A DNA stretch of 64,000 bases, from positions 101,618,001-101,682,000 of the forward strand of contig OX597818.1 in the NCBI GenBank assembly GCA_951406725.2, given 5' to 3'. Of this stretch, positions 41,240 to 55,488 are shown in pieces. Position 1 is the first letter of the stretch. Each line of letters begins with the position of its first letter. The notes under the pieces are model-generated. The model worked only from the letters and a program-made list of their open reading frames with translations, searched no databases and had not been told where the DNA came from. The position numbers were made by a program, and so were the translations under genes. The stretch is from Octopus vulgaris (lineage: Eukaryota).

Positions 41240-41430
41240 GTTACCGCTTGTGTATAGTTGGCCCTTTTCTTTCTCCATCCTCCCTTCTTTGGACTTTTCT
41301 ATATTTCTGACGAAGACCTCCGCTGGAAACGTGAAACACTCTTTCTTTTCTTTCGTTTCCTGAGCTTCCAATAAAACAATACTTGTACCACATCTTCGCG
41401 TTGTTGTTTTTTCTTGCTTTCTTTTCTCCC
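41240..41430 (+). mobile_element. short pLTR-like repeat with a degenerate hammerhead core
   Basis: TTT-CTGACGA(41307-13)-A-GACCTCCGCTG-GAAACGTG(41326-33)-AAA. Flanks align with the reverse complement of 40290-40455. Confidence 0.6.
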
Positions 41431-42889
41431 TTGTTGTTGTTTGGATTGACTCGCTCACGTGGTTGCACGAGTATTATCCTGTCTCCACCACCAACTACTA
41501 TACTCAGCAGTTCAACCTTAATATAGTTCAATATCTATATTTCTCGTATATAAACTCTCCCTGACCCCCCCCCATATTTTCGAACCGAAATAAGGGATTT
41601 GCAGCGGTCAGGATACTTGATTCCATGCAAAAAATCATTTTTATTTTCCTAAGTGAAATTCGTGCGGGTGTTAATATAGAAATTGACCGTAATGTCATTT
41701 TTTAGCCTCAAATCAATCCTGATACTACAAACGTATCAAAGAGATTCCAGCCTTCAGCAAACCGGTATTTTTAGACTGTCAAGCGACAAGGTAGAGGCTC
41801 TTTCATTGGTTCGATTGATGAGATATTTTTACTCATATATGTAATAATATGTATATATATCATCGGCAGATATTAGCGAGTCAAAAGCTGAGAATTTTGT
41901 GTATTGGCAATTATCAAACCCGCATATGTCCATTGTCACTCTGTAACTGACGAAATAAGGTCTAAAATACAAAATTTTGGTCAAAACATTAAGAGTAATC
42001 CCCTGTGTGATGTACATCAGTTAAAGATGAAATATTTATTAACATATTATTATGTATGTATGTATGTATGTATGTATGTATGTATGTATGTATGTATGTA
42101 TGTATGTATGTATTGAACACATGAAAATACATAGTTAAAAGAAGACAATGACAGCAATGTAACAAATAAAATATTCAAAGAAAAGAAACTTAATTCATTT
42201 TTTATACGTACGTACAATAGAAAATACGACAATTTCAGTAAATGATGAAAAGAAGTATTAACAAAACGATAAAGTGTAAATGTATATTTCTTATTTAAAA
42301 TCTTATCGATTTTTGAAATGCGTTACGAAATTAAATTAATGATTAATTAATGAAGATAGCTTCTATTCTTATACAAACGTGTTACTTATTTAAAGCTACG
42401 AATATTAACATTTTTAAATTATTTTCATTATCGAACTTTAAATCTTATCTCTAATAATTAATATAATATTTAGGATCACATATACTGTACTATTAAAAAG
42501 TTTATGTTAATTGAAGATGAATAGGAGCCTTAGTGCCCCACCCCTTGAGGTTGCAGATATTTGGATGTAACTTTTTTCTATTGAACCACATCTCAAACTA
42601 TATATGGGAAAGTGTAGTTGAGGAGATATCCTCTTTAAAATTTTTAACAATTTGCGATTTAGTTGAGAACTCTTAGTGGTGAAGCTTGGAAGCTGCTGTG
42701 ATTGACGGAATGGTAGACTTAGGAATATATTCAACAACTACAGTGGTTAAAATTATATATATATATATTGGAAGGTTTGCAGATTACGTACAGGCATTTT
42801 ATATTAGAAGAAATTCGGTACTCAGAAATTCGGATGGTTTTATAATTACAGATATTTATTAGCATGTTACATGATCTTATACATCATAT

Positions 42890-42925
<36 letters not shown>

Positions 42926-43940
42926 GATAGATTGATAGATAGATAGATACAGAGAGAAAGAGAGAGGGGAGAGGAAGGGACAGAGAGAGATTGGAGGGAG
43001 CTGTTTTCTCACAAAGATAAAATCATCCTCGGTGTAATGTAGATATCGTAAACTTAGTTTTCAAACCTTCACAAAATATGATACGCATATATTATGTATG
43101 TATGTATGTATGTATGTATGTATGTATGTATGTATGTATGTATGTATGTATGTATCTATAATGTATGTATTCATGTGTGTATGTATATATGTATGTATAG
43201 ATTTATGATCTCTGTTATAAAGCAAAAGTTTTCAACATTTCGAAAATACTTATCCAAATACTAATTGCATTTCAATTATCCTCATGAATCACTATCTACC
43301 ATAAGAATATCACATCAGAGCATTAGTTTATAAATGATATCATTATATTGCATGCTATCGAATATTTTTTGAAGTAACGATGAAAGTGTAAATGTAATTT
43401 CTAATGCTATATTTCGTAAAATCTTATCGATTTATCATTATTGAAAATGTGATGCGTTTTACGATTAAATTTAATGATATAATGGAATGCTTAATGGGAT
43501 ATTATGAAGATGATAGCTCTATTGGTAAGACAAATGTTAGCGGGGAGTTATAAGGAAAGCCGGTACGAATATTTAACATTTTCAGTATTATATAATTGGT
43601 TATCGAACTTTAAATTACACTACGCATCTCTGTAATCCCAGCAGAATGTTATAATTCACAATATGTAATGAGGAATCACAATGAAAACTTAATGTACATT
43701 AAAACAGGTTTTCATAGGAAATTCAATAGGAAAATATCTTAATCATTCACACATACTTGTTACATTTACTACATAATACAAACACGCATAAAATATTATG
43801 CGATAATACCACATACATGCGCACGGACCCTCGCATATTGGTATAACTTATCGAGTAGAGAATAGTCAAATCAAAGAGGGAAGTACATGTTATTGTAATC
43901 GCCAACAGTCCAAGTTACAGCAGTATCTATAGCGCTAGTA

Positions 43941-44375
43941 AAGCGGCTTCCTGGCAGAAACGTTAGCACGCTGGGTGAAATTCTTCGCGGTATTTCGTTT
44001 GCCGTTATGTTCTGAGTTCAAATTCCCCCGAGGTCGACCTTGCCTTTCATCCTTTCGGAGTCGATAAATTAAGTACCAGTTACGCACTGGGGGTCGATAT
44101 AATCGACTTAATCCTTTTGTCTGTCCTTGTTTCTCCCCTCTGTGTTTAGCCCTTTGTAGGCAATAAAGAAACAAGAAACGTTACCAGGCCGGGTGAAATG
44201 CTTAGCAGGATTTCGTCTGCTGTTTCGTTCTGAGTTCAAATTCCGCCGAGGTCGATTTGGTCTTTCAACCTTTCGGGATCGATATATCAAATACATGTTG
44301 CGTACTGGGGTCGATCTAATCGATTTGCCCCCTCCACCATAATTTCAGTGCCTGTGCCTAGAGTAGAAAAACTAT
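43941..44375 (+). mobile_element. SINE family A, composite (dimer)
   Basis: Two tandem units, each with GAAACGTTA.C head sequence and a GAGGTCGA..TTTCA.CCTTTCGG core. Confidence 0.88.
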
Positions 44376-45158
44376 CATTTCATTCATAACCGTTGTTTCA
44401 GCGGTAACGTATTACATCGTAATGACAGAAAACGACCTCGAGAATCGTCACCATCGAGAATCACTATTCCTCTACCATAAGAAAGTGAAGACCAACATCA
44501 GAGCATTAACAACTTATAAAGTGATATCATTATACCATATAGATAGAATTAACGATAATTTTTGCATCACATTCAAGATTGCAGATTACATGAATATTTC
44601 TTTCATATCATGTCTGCATCACGATTAATCTGTACTTCGCTATTTGAAATATTTTTTTTCAATTCGGAAGCATGGTTTAACAGAATTATATTGATATTTG
44701 TTTTTGTGCTTCGTTGTCTTTTCTGAACAAATGGATTACATTAGAATAATCGTTTACATACGCCAGTGTTGTTTTATAGCAGATGCAACTTCATTACATG
44801 CTATTTATATGAAACGGTAGAGAATATATATTAGTTTAGTCTTTTAGAAATTTTGTAACAAATTAACTATTGAAACTTAAAAGTTATCATTCCATTTTGT
44901 AGACATGACATGGAATTCAGGCAACATTTTTTTTTGTATGTGTATCATAATGAAAATAAGAAATATTTTATATTGTAAAGTTGTTCTAATCATCTTCGAA
45001 AAATATTGCATAATTTCATATTCACTGTCAGTAGATGGAGTACATATTAATAAAAACATATTCACAAAATTTATTCAATTTAACTGTAACGATTATTTAA
45101 ATGGGAGGCACTACATACTCTACAAATTATCTCCGAAATATAAATGGAGGAATACGTT

Positions 45159-45193
<35 letters not shown>

Positions 45194-45569
45194 ATGTGTG
45201 TGTGTGTTTGTGTGTGTGTGTTTGTGTGTGTACTTTTTCGGACTAATGTGTTAATCTTTATTCCGTACGAAATGCGTTTCGACCCATTCTCCGGCTATCA
45301 TTTATGCGTGGGATGACGTGCATCATATTGTTTTACATCAATTTTTCAGTCTCGGTAACGTCTGGTACATGCAGACATAAAGTTGTTTCCTGCTGAAAAT
45401 ATAGAGTTCAGGTAATCATGTTGGTATTTGCCCGACTCGTTGCAGAGTGGTGTTTTGTAACGATTGTTATAACAAAGAATTGTAAAAAACAAACATATAA
45501 ATTATAGAAAGAAATACTTAGGTATGTTTCGACCAAAGATTGATGCAGGCCAATGTCTTACTTAATAGA

Positions 45570-46035
45570 ACCACGTGATAGGGTTATCTAATTCCTTTTT
45601 AAGTCAGGTTTTGTTTATGATCCATTCAAGCAGTGAGAAACTGTTCAGTGAGTTGTCTCCAGGTATGCGTTTAGGCAATACTGGCGGTATATTCTCTACA
45701 TCGTACAAATGATGTACCGCTCGAGGCGGTGCTAGAGAGAGTAGAGTTTCAAGGCTTTAAGGTGGTCCCAGTAATCGAGATCAGTCCCGCCTTCAATTAA
45801 ATTTTCGAGATATTTTGTTTTGTATGGGGAGACTACCACAAGGGGCAGCAGTATTCGAAGTGTGGCCGTACAAGAGAGGAGAAAAGTGGAAAGATGACAC
45901 ATTATTCTCTGGGCCGGAATGTTCTTAAGATCTAGGAGCTCATCCAATGAGCTAAATCGACCTTATGGTTGATGTGGGCACTCAAACTGAGATTGTTATC
46001 AACAATTACACCTAGGTCTTTGATATTATTACATA
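45570..46035 (-). mobile_element. CR1/L2-like LINE, decayed ORF2 C-terminal fragment
   Basis: Minus strand: IKDLGVIVDNNLSLSAHI, ILRTF, SSLVRPHFEYCCP, LDYWDHLKALKLYSL*HRLERY, KKELD. Confidence 0.75.
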
Positions 46036-46179
46036 ATATATGAGAGGTGCCGTGAAGGAGGAGATTTTGGCTGCTTTAGTATAGATTTTCTTCGAAAATT
46101 TCTCTCGTTTAGTTGCATTTTGTTTTTCTCTGTCCATTCTCTGTCCATATATGTGTGTGTGTGTGTGTGTGTGTCTGTG

Positions 46180-46462
<283 letters not shown>

Positions 46463-46556
46463 TAGATGTAAATATACATATACCTGTCAAACTATAATTA
46501 TGTAGTGTGTATGTGTGTGTGTGAATGTGTGTATTTGTTTTCTGCATGTATGTATA

Positions 46557-47423
46557 TAGAGGGAGCGGTGAATAAACTGACGTCTTAAATAAGCAACATT
46601 GAAAATAACTCTGACATCTCATTTTAAAAGCTAAATTTACCAAATTTATATTAAAATTTCTGAAAATGCTAAAGATTAAATTTATTTCATAAAATCGCCG
46701 TTGGCTTCAACCACGACCTCGAGACGACTACAGAATCAACTGCAGCTCTTCTGCAGTCTCCTTGTTTCATTTGGTGACTGCTGCCATAATCCTTGCGTTT
46801 AGTTCGTCTTTGGTGTTAGAAGGATTATGTGTCGGTCTCTCGCTCAACTGCGCTCTACATATAATAGTGAAAGGGTTTGCAGTCTGGGGAGTTATCTGGC
46901 CAGATGTTAGGGGTGATGTGGTTGAATAAGTTGTATGACAGCCATGACTGGGTTTCCTGCCTGTTGCCACACGTTATTCCAGCAGATATCCTCTTGATCC
47001 AAGGTAGCACTACCTCCTCCAGGCACCTGATACAGGTCTCCGTGTTGAGTGCTAGGCCTTGAGGGAACATGAATGGAGGCATACGGTCATCATCACTAGA
47101 GGTCTCTCCAAATACCATGATATTGACTGGCTGTTTGATTTTTGCCACGCACGGTACATGTCCTCGGATTTCATTGTCTTAAGATTCACACGCAAACAAA
47201 CTGAAATCTTCGTATTGGAAATTCTGGATCGAATGCAAAGTATTACAGAATGTCGGTTCCAAATTTCTCGCAGAGTGAATTGCACCAAGGGGCTTTCTTG
47301 TTTTCTCACAGACGGTGCTCAACTGACCCTACAATTCGGTATTTTTGACAAAATCAAAAAGTACCATTGCGCATGCACAAAATAAAAATATGCATGCCGA
47401 CAATTTACCCATTGCAAACTGTA
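46557..47423 (-). mobile_element. internally deleted Tc1/mariner-superfamily (maT/DD37D-like) transposon
   Basis: IMVFGETSSD..PPFMFPQGLALNTETCIRCLEEVVLPWI and WPDNSPDCKPFHYY (WPPNSPDLNPLDY motif). Degenerate TA-bounded TIRs at 46557-46582 and 47398-47423, about 16 of 26 matching. Confidence 0.75.
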
Positions 47424-47702
47424 TGTATATGTGTATAAACTTCGCTAGGTGTATCAATGAATTAATAGGTGTTACACTCACCCATCCATACACAAATAAA
47501 CATCTTCATCAACTGAATTACATTTTGTATTTCCCTGTAAGTTCCCTGCGCTGCACTTCATTGTACACTTGTTTGCTTGATGGATTTTCGCTTTCTATTT
47601 CTAGAAATGCAAGCAAGAGTTTTCATAGTGTGAGATCTTAAAGAGACAATCAATATGTAATGTACTTCTATTGCGTTTAACTATATATAAATATATACTT
47701 CC

Positions 47703-47758
<56 letters not shown>

Positions 47759-47805
47759 CGCGAATACTGATATAATTTTATTTAATTAATGAAAATCTCT
47801 AGTAC

Positions 47806-47842
<37 letters not shown>

Positions 47843-48464
47843 TAATGAATGTTTGAAACATGATAATATCTAACCACACTCAACATATTATTACTATCAA
47901 TATACAAATGTCTAAATATTTTCATTTTTATTTTATTTCCAAGACGTGAAAAATCGATATAAGCGTTAAATAAAATTAAGTTTAGGCATGTAATTGAGAT
48001 GTGATACGATATATTGTCAGTTTTATTAGATTATATATCAGTTAATATTTTATCAATATTCACTCGTGTTCGTCTCGTACATTTTTTTACCAATTTTACT
48101 AGGAAATTCAATGCTAATTGTATTCATTAATTTTTAATCTTATGTAAGTATAACAAAAGTAATTATAAAAATATACATCGATTACATATACTGGCACTGA
48201 TATATGTTGAATATATCAGTTTTAAAAATTTATTTGAAATATTTCTGTTGAATTCTTTAATTGCTAAGCTAACAATGTTAGGTACATTCAATATCATGTC
48301 TAAATTTTCAGAAATCTTTGAGATACTATGGTCATATATAACAAATATATTTTACACACGCATACACACGCGCACACATACATACACACAAACACACACA
48401 TACACATATAAGAACTACTAATTTGCAAAATATTTGATTTTGTAAATTTTTCGCAAGATTTAAA

Positions 48465-49290
48465 ATCAGGCTTTTATAAGTTTATCATAAACCAGATGAG
48501 AAGTGCCACATATATATAAATAGTCCTGTCACTCCCTATAACCAACATCAATGATAAAATATCTAATCTATTGTCTTCAAAAGAAATTATTGATAATGTA
48601 TATCCTATTATAACTATGCTGTAGCTAAGACCGTCTTCAAATAGATCTGATATAACCCTTTAGTTTAAAATTCGAATCCTAAAGATTAACATTGGAAAAT
48701 CATATGGGTCAGCTTTGTTTCTCATAAAATGTTAAAACAAACATCGGCAAGAAATTTCTGCCATTATTGTAAAAGCATTTCCCAATAAACCAAATATACA
48801 GGAATATCTTTAATAAACGTTCAATAATTATTCCCTACAGCTGCTGTCCCAATATGAATGGCGTTATCACTTCTAATGCACAGCAAGGTTTTACTCCCAT
48901 GAAAGCTGCCGCTTGATCAAGTGTGCTTTTAACTGTTGTTGTTATAAAGTGGAAGTTCCAGCGGTACCCCAAGACAACTTAAGTGGGGAAAAAAATTACA
49001 TCGGTTTATGAAAAGTCAATTTTAAAAAACCTAATGCAAAACACCAGTCTTCTTTCCGACATGTTGAAAATCATTATGAGTACTAAGTTTACTAGACATG
49101 CATGGAATCCAAAAGCAAATCAATGACAACGAACTGGTGAGTCATAGACAAATCTACGCCAAATATAAGTGGATCACAGACATGCAAGTTATGCGTAACT
49201 AAAATGAAAACATATACGTTTTAGACCCAATTAGACACTGTTTAATTCCAGATCCTAAATATTTAACAAATGCCAGTATATGGACAGGCT
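48465..49290 (+). mobile_element. second Penelope-like (Naiad-type) remnant: RT thumb, linker and GIY-YIG, heavily decayed
   Basis: HKPDEK..YI, KIIW, NVKTNIGKKFL..KHFP..IFNK..YSCCPNM, NYIGL..NFKK..HQSSFRH and TCKLCVT across several frames with stops. Confidence 0.8.
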
Positions 49291-49684
49291 AATTGACGAG
49301 CTAGAAGTCACCTCACACTAGGGATTGTGTAGCTATCACACAATAGACTTTCGCCTTATTTCTATTTCTGTTATATTATTCTGTCCAATCTACTTTAATT
49401 ATGGCGAACAGTGTTAGAGAGGAGAAAACTCGTGGTTTTCTCATTCGTTTTTTTGTATCAATCCTCTTCGAAAGATTATTTCTGTTTTCCCCATGTTTTC
49501 TAATACATAACCTCTCAACTCAACCTGCGAGATTGCTTGGGGCATGTTTCATAGCATGTCCTATAATTCTTCTAAGTTAATGTATCTTAAATGTGTAAAT
49601 CACAATATATGTATAATTATGTGCAGAACGTTGAAACGAATCACATGACTTGTATAAGGAAAATCAGACAAAGTAGAAGATGCT

Positions 49685-50060
49685 AAAATAATGTTATCAT
49701 GAAGTAGATTTTAGTACCGGTTTCAGTCCTTACGAGTAAAGCATGAAAAACAATTAAAATATGGAAAAATTAAATGAAATATTTATCTAAAAATTATTTC
49801 CGTAGAATTCAAATGCAAGGAACATTTTTCTTTTTTCTGTCTGTCTCTTTCTTTCTGTTTTACACATGAGTAAAAAGAGAGGCAGAGATAGACAGAAAAA
49901 AGGAAAATGCCCATGCGTTTGAAAACTATGGAATTGTTTAAACGAAAACATTTCATTTAATTTTTCCACAATGTATTTGTTTTTCATGCTTCATTCTAAA
50001 TTGAAAGAGTCTCAAAGTCTGAAACCGGTACTGAAATGTACTTCATGATAAAATTATTTT
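49685..50060. repeat. degenerate inverted repeat with hammerhead-like GAAACCGGTA boxes
   Basis: 49685-49784 is an imperfect reverse complement of 49946-50060. Both arms carry CTGAAACCGGTACT. It lies downstream of the PLE remnant and close to (TA)n. Confidence 0.75.
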
Positions 50061-50088
50061 AGCAGGTTCCACCTTGTATTATTTTCCT

Positions 50089-50224
50089 TATATATATATA
50101 TATATATATATATAAACATACACATACATACATATATATACACAAAGATACATACACAAAGATACACATATATATTTTAAAATGTATGTATGTATATATA
50201 CATATATATATATATATACATACA

Positions 50225-50313
<89 letters not shown>

Positions 50314-50400
50314 AGTATATTCATATGTATATATATATATATATATGTCTTTGTGTGTGTGCGTGTGTGTATGTGTATACATATGAATGATTGTATGCAT
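50089..50400. repeat. (TA)n-rich microsatellite array
   Basis: Directly visible. Confidence 0.9.
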
Positions 50401-51815
50401 GGTTGTATGAGATTAATGGTTAGATCCATCGGATTATAGCTGGAAATGTATGATCAGATTTCATTGGATGGTCATCGTTACATTTCTATGTGTAAAATAG
50501 TGTGTAGAATCACCATATTTTTAAGGTATACTGTCTTTTTCATATGGTGATTCTCTTCCACGTGTCGATGTTAAACTATGTTGTGTCCTATTTCAATTAT
50601 GCCATTAAATGTATCCTGAAAATGACTTGCTATATGTTCGAATTGCCATAGACTTAGTTGTATTTATTTTAGTCATCTCTATATATAATAGGAAAAAGGA
50701 AAAACATGTTACTATAAAGAATACTTTTGCCAGGCTGGAATAATAAAACAAGAGAGAGTTAATCCCCGTCACCATAAAAATAATCAATGAGTAAATCTCA
50801 GCTTGAGAGTAAATTTCCCTTGCAATCCCGATGGAATAAAATTCCGCTCTACAGAATCAGAAATCTGATCAGGTTATACTTTGAATTTATGTTTTCCCTT
50901 ATACATGAATAATACGATTTGGAAGCAATGTTAAGTGTTTTCACGTGATATTTCAAGAATGAAAGATCGAATGAGAACTTATGTAGCTACAATCGAATTT
51001 GGAACGGATAATCCATTATACATTGCCGTCTGTCCATTCTGTAATAGCGAAGTCATAAGCGTATTACATACGTAATATATATAAATACGTTAATCATATA
51101 TTCGTGTCAGAAATATTTATAATCTGCAGGGAGTCCCTACCTTAAAATGTACTGCACATTATATAGTAAAATTTCAAAGACCTATAAAAGAAATGCAAGA
51201 TTATATAAAATGGAAGATATAAAGTTGTAAATAAAGTTTATTATTTTTCATTACACTGCAGATAATGCCATGATAAAACAGATGTTTTAGAACAGCGAAA
51301 ACAATTTGTTAATTTTGTTCCGCCATCGTCAACTTTGGCATACATCAATTCGTCCTCGATGAAAGTCACTTCGTCTTATTTATCAATTAGAGACCATTAT
51401 TAGCCTTGAATTTTCTTTGCTGGCCAGGATAGAATTTACATTGGTTTATAACTTAAAGTGATGTGAGTGTAATTCAATTGCATTATATTCGGAATGAATT
51501 AGAATTACCACAAACACACACATACATATATAAATACACACACAAATGTGTGTTTGTGTGTGTGTATGTGTATGTATATTTGTGTTTAATGTGTATGAAA
51601 TAGAATCTGTAGCTAAAATATCAAGAAGATGTTTAAAATTTGGTTCTGGATAATTGAGATCAATATCAATATCTATACATTTATTTAGATGATTCCTTAT
51701 ATCATCAGAGTGTCCCAGAGTGTACGAAACGTTAATAATCCAGTATATTTCATCTCACTAATATCCTTCAATTATTGGCTGAAATTGATTTTGTGTCTGT
51801 TATTAGCAACCAGAC

Positions 51816-51884
<69 letters not shown>

Positions 51885-51900
51885 TGGTTACTAATAATCA

Positions 51901-51954
<54 letters not shown>

Positions 51955-53742
51955 ACTAATGGAGAAACACAATATGGACAGTGGTTTTTGTCTACTGTCT
52001 AGGATGAAATGTCCCATTTATAAAACAATTTATACGGATTAGTCTTTGTTTCACCTATCGTATCAACAATATCACTTTGATATAATACTGTTTAGTCATT
52101 GACAAATTTCAAATGTAATTTCCTATTCATTCTGACTATGGTTGTGTTTTTATAAATATATATATTTTTTTTTTGCTATATGTCGACATTATCGAAAAAG
52201 GAAATTATTGGGTGCATCGAAGAAAGAAATATATTATTGATATGAATCACTAGGCCAGCAAGAGTTATATGAATATTTTAATAACCGATTCAGTTATTTT
52301 TTCGTTCTCGAGTTATATGATGGAACATGGTAAATTCCAATCTATTATGGCATTATAATCGAGTTCCTTTAATCAAAGAGAAACTATTTTCAATTGGGTC
52401 TTTTATTAATCTGTACATTAATAGTCATTACTCAATATTGCATGAAATAAAATTATAATTTATACTGCTGCTTAGAATCAATTCATCGAATAATCGAAAG
52501 GTCAAGAGACGTAGTATTTAATTATATATATTCAAAAAATATTTTCAATCATCGATTCCAAAATTAAGACGTTCTGTTCAAATGTTCTGTTGTATTATCA
52601 AAATTAGAGAACAACATTTTTTAAAAAGCTAGTCAAGTGCTAGTCTTGGAGAATGCTCTACGAAAAATTCTACATGAGCCTTAAACTATTGGAAAATGTA
52701 TTTCGATTAGGCAATACGGGACATAAAATATTGCCTAAAAATAGCACAGTGCCTAAATGACATTATTTTTTTTAACGCAATGGTAGTTTCTTTGCATTAT
52801 ATTTAACATTGCTTAAATAAAAAATTATTACAATTTCTTTTCCCCTATAAGATGCCAGACAACCGTTCTAGTCAGTATTCGAAAACTAAGGCAAAAGCAG
52901 TGACATACAATAGAAGCGAAACATCTCCAAATTTATATCCTGACATCTAAAAACAATACACCGGAATATTTCAGATTTGGGGCACGGCCGCTTACTCAGT
53001 AATGTTAATTTCTTAGGAGTAATACGCAGGTTGTTCAAACTTCCTCGGTCGAGTTTTCATTGTTTTCATAAATATATATTTATTCTTGCATTAACTATGT
53101 TTGTCAGACGTCCCCTTTAGATTTAATCTAACGATGTAGCTATTTTTGGCATTTTCCATATGTAAATTTTGTTTTCATATACAAATTTTATTCATTAAAG
53201 ATTCTACTGTGGAAATAAATAGTTACATCAGCACAAATATAATAATGATTATGTTAATAAAGCTTGGTGATATATCTATTTTTGGAATATAAGCTCAGCT
53301 AGTCGAGAAAAGAAAATATTTGTCATGTTCAAGAACACAATATAGGTAAGTATGTGTGTACTTCTGCATTAATTCACTCATGGATGCATGTATGTATGTA
53401 TGTATGTATGTATGTATGTATGTATGTATGTATATATATATATATGGTAGAAATAGGTTACGAAAAGAAAATATAAAATACACGTGGAAATGTAAGGGTA
53501 AAATATGAAAAATCAACGAAAATGCACATTGCAAATAAAAAAAGGCTACTTATGACAGGTTAAGACAAATATATACATTTAGATTGACTGAGGTAGTAAT
53601 ACGAGTCATAAAAGTCATTATTACGAGATGAGTATAAGATGATAATAAAGTAAGAGAACAAAACGGACCATGGTTTACGCTAAGCTACTCCTCGTTTGAA
53701 CAACACCGGTTAATATATATATATATATATGTGTGTGTATAC

Positions 53743-53816
<74 letters not shown>

Positions 53817-54056
53817 GTATGTATATATATGTGTGTGAGCGTATTATTAAGGAGAATGTCAAACATGTTCAGCAATTTATCTATACAAAAATTCTGTCAT
53901 AGATCAATGCACATCTGTCTTTAAAATATACGAATGAATCAATCGTTAAAATATTAAAACGTATTAATAATTCATGAATATACAAATATATAAAAAATCT
54001 AATATATAAATATGTGCGTATGCGTACGTGCGTGTGTGTGTGTGTGTGTGTGTAGG

Positions 54057-54305
54057 TGTGGAGGTGCGTTGCGTATTGGTTAGAGTGTCAACATCATGAT
54101 CGTAATATTGTGGTTTCGATTCCTGAACCGGGCGACGCGTTGTGTTCTTCAGCAAAACACTTCAGTACACGTTGTTCCAATCCACTCACTTGGCAAAAAA
54201 TGAGTAAACCTGCGATGGATTGGCGTCCCATCCAGCTGTGGAACACATACGCCATAGAAACCAGGAAACCATGCCCATGAGCCTGGCTAGGCTTCAAAAG
54301 GGCGC

Positions 54306-54310
<5 letters not shown>
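54057..54310 (+). mobile_element. tRNA-derived SINE family D
   Basis: Head TTGCGTATTGGTTAGAG...GGTTTCGATTCCTGAACCGGGCG (similar to the family C head), then TTGTGTTCTTCAGCAAAACACTT and CCTGCGATGGATTGGCGTCCCATCCAG. Confidence 0.75.
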
Positions 54311-54350
<40 letters not shown>

Positions 54351-55055
54351 CATACATATATACATGCATACATATAGATATAGGTAGATAGAGCCCTTGT
54401 AATCCGTTAAAGCAAGCACTTACATAGCGTACTAAGTCGTTTAGATCACTTGTGAAGTAAACTACCTTACTTTGTGTGTGCATATATATATATATATATA
54501 TATGTGTATATATATATATATATGTATATGTATGTATATGTATATACGCGCATGCACATATAAGTATATATGTATTATATGTGTGTGTATATAAATATAC
54601 TTCCACACACGCATATGTATATATATAAATATATATTCAAAGAGAGAGAGAGAGAGAGCAAAGTTTAATCATACACATTCATATGCATATGTGCTTGTGC
54701 GTTTGTATGTTACTGTAAATTACATCACCATCTGGTAATCGTGATTTATATTGTTTTTGCAACATGAGACTGTCTTAAATATTGCTATAATAATAAGTTA
54801 GGACACATTAGATGAGAAATGTAGACGCCATTTTCTAGGTATACCGCGAATTTATCTAAGTTTATGCTCCAAATAGTTAGATGAATCGAACAATTTCTCT
54901 CTCTAATGACAGCAATAATTTTTAAAATGTCTGACGGATTATAATCAATTTTATCAGTCTTCAATGATACGCAGATAAATACATATATGTATGCATATGT
55001 ATGTATATGAATATATATGTATGTATGTGTATATATATATATGTGTGTATGTATT

Positions 55056-55121
<66 letters not shown>

Positions 55122-55488
55122 TAATTACATACATACGTTTCTATCTATATTGTCATTGATGCCACCCCATAAATGCAATATTGCTATTAGTTTATGGCTT
55201 ATGATTAATTGAAATGACTAACAGAGAATCACACGGAATGATTACAAATCAGAACCTACTGTCATTTATTATGATTAACTAACGTCGACGAAAACTTCTG
55301 AAATAAATCCATATTGTCCACATAATATACTAAATGAATTTCGCAGAAATTCATTAATGATTACTTTAGATATGTTGAAACATTTTACTCAATATATCAG
55401 ATACAAATACAGCTAAATAGAAGAGGTTCGTACAATACAATACCCAACAAACGTTTTCGAAATTGAACCGAATATATTAATATATATA

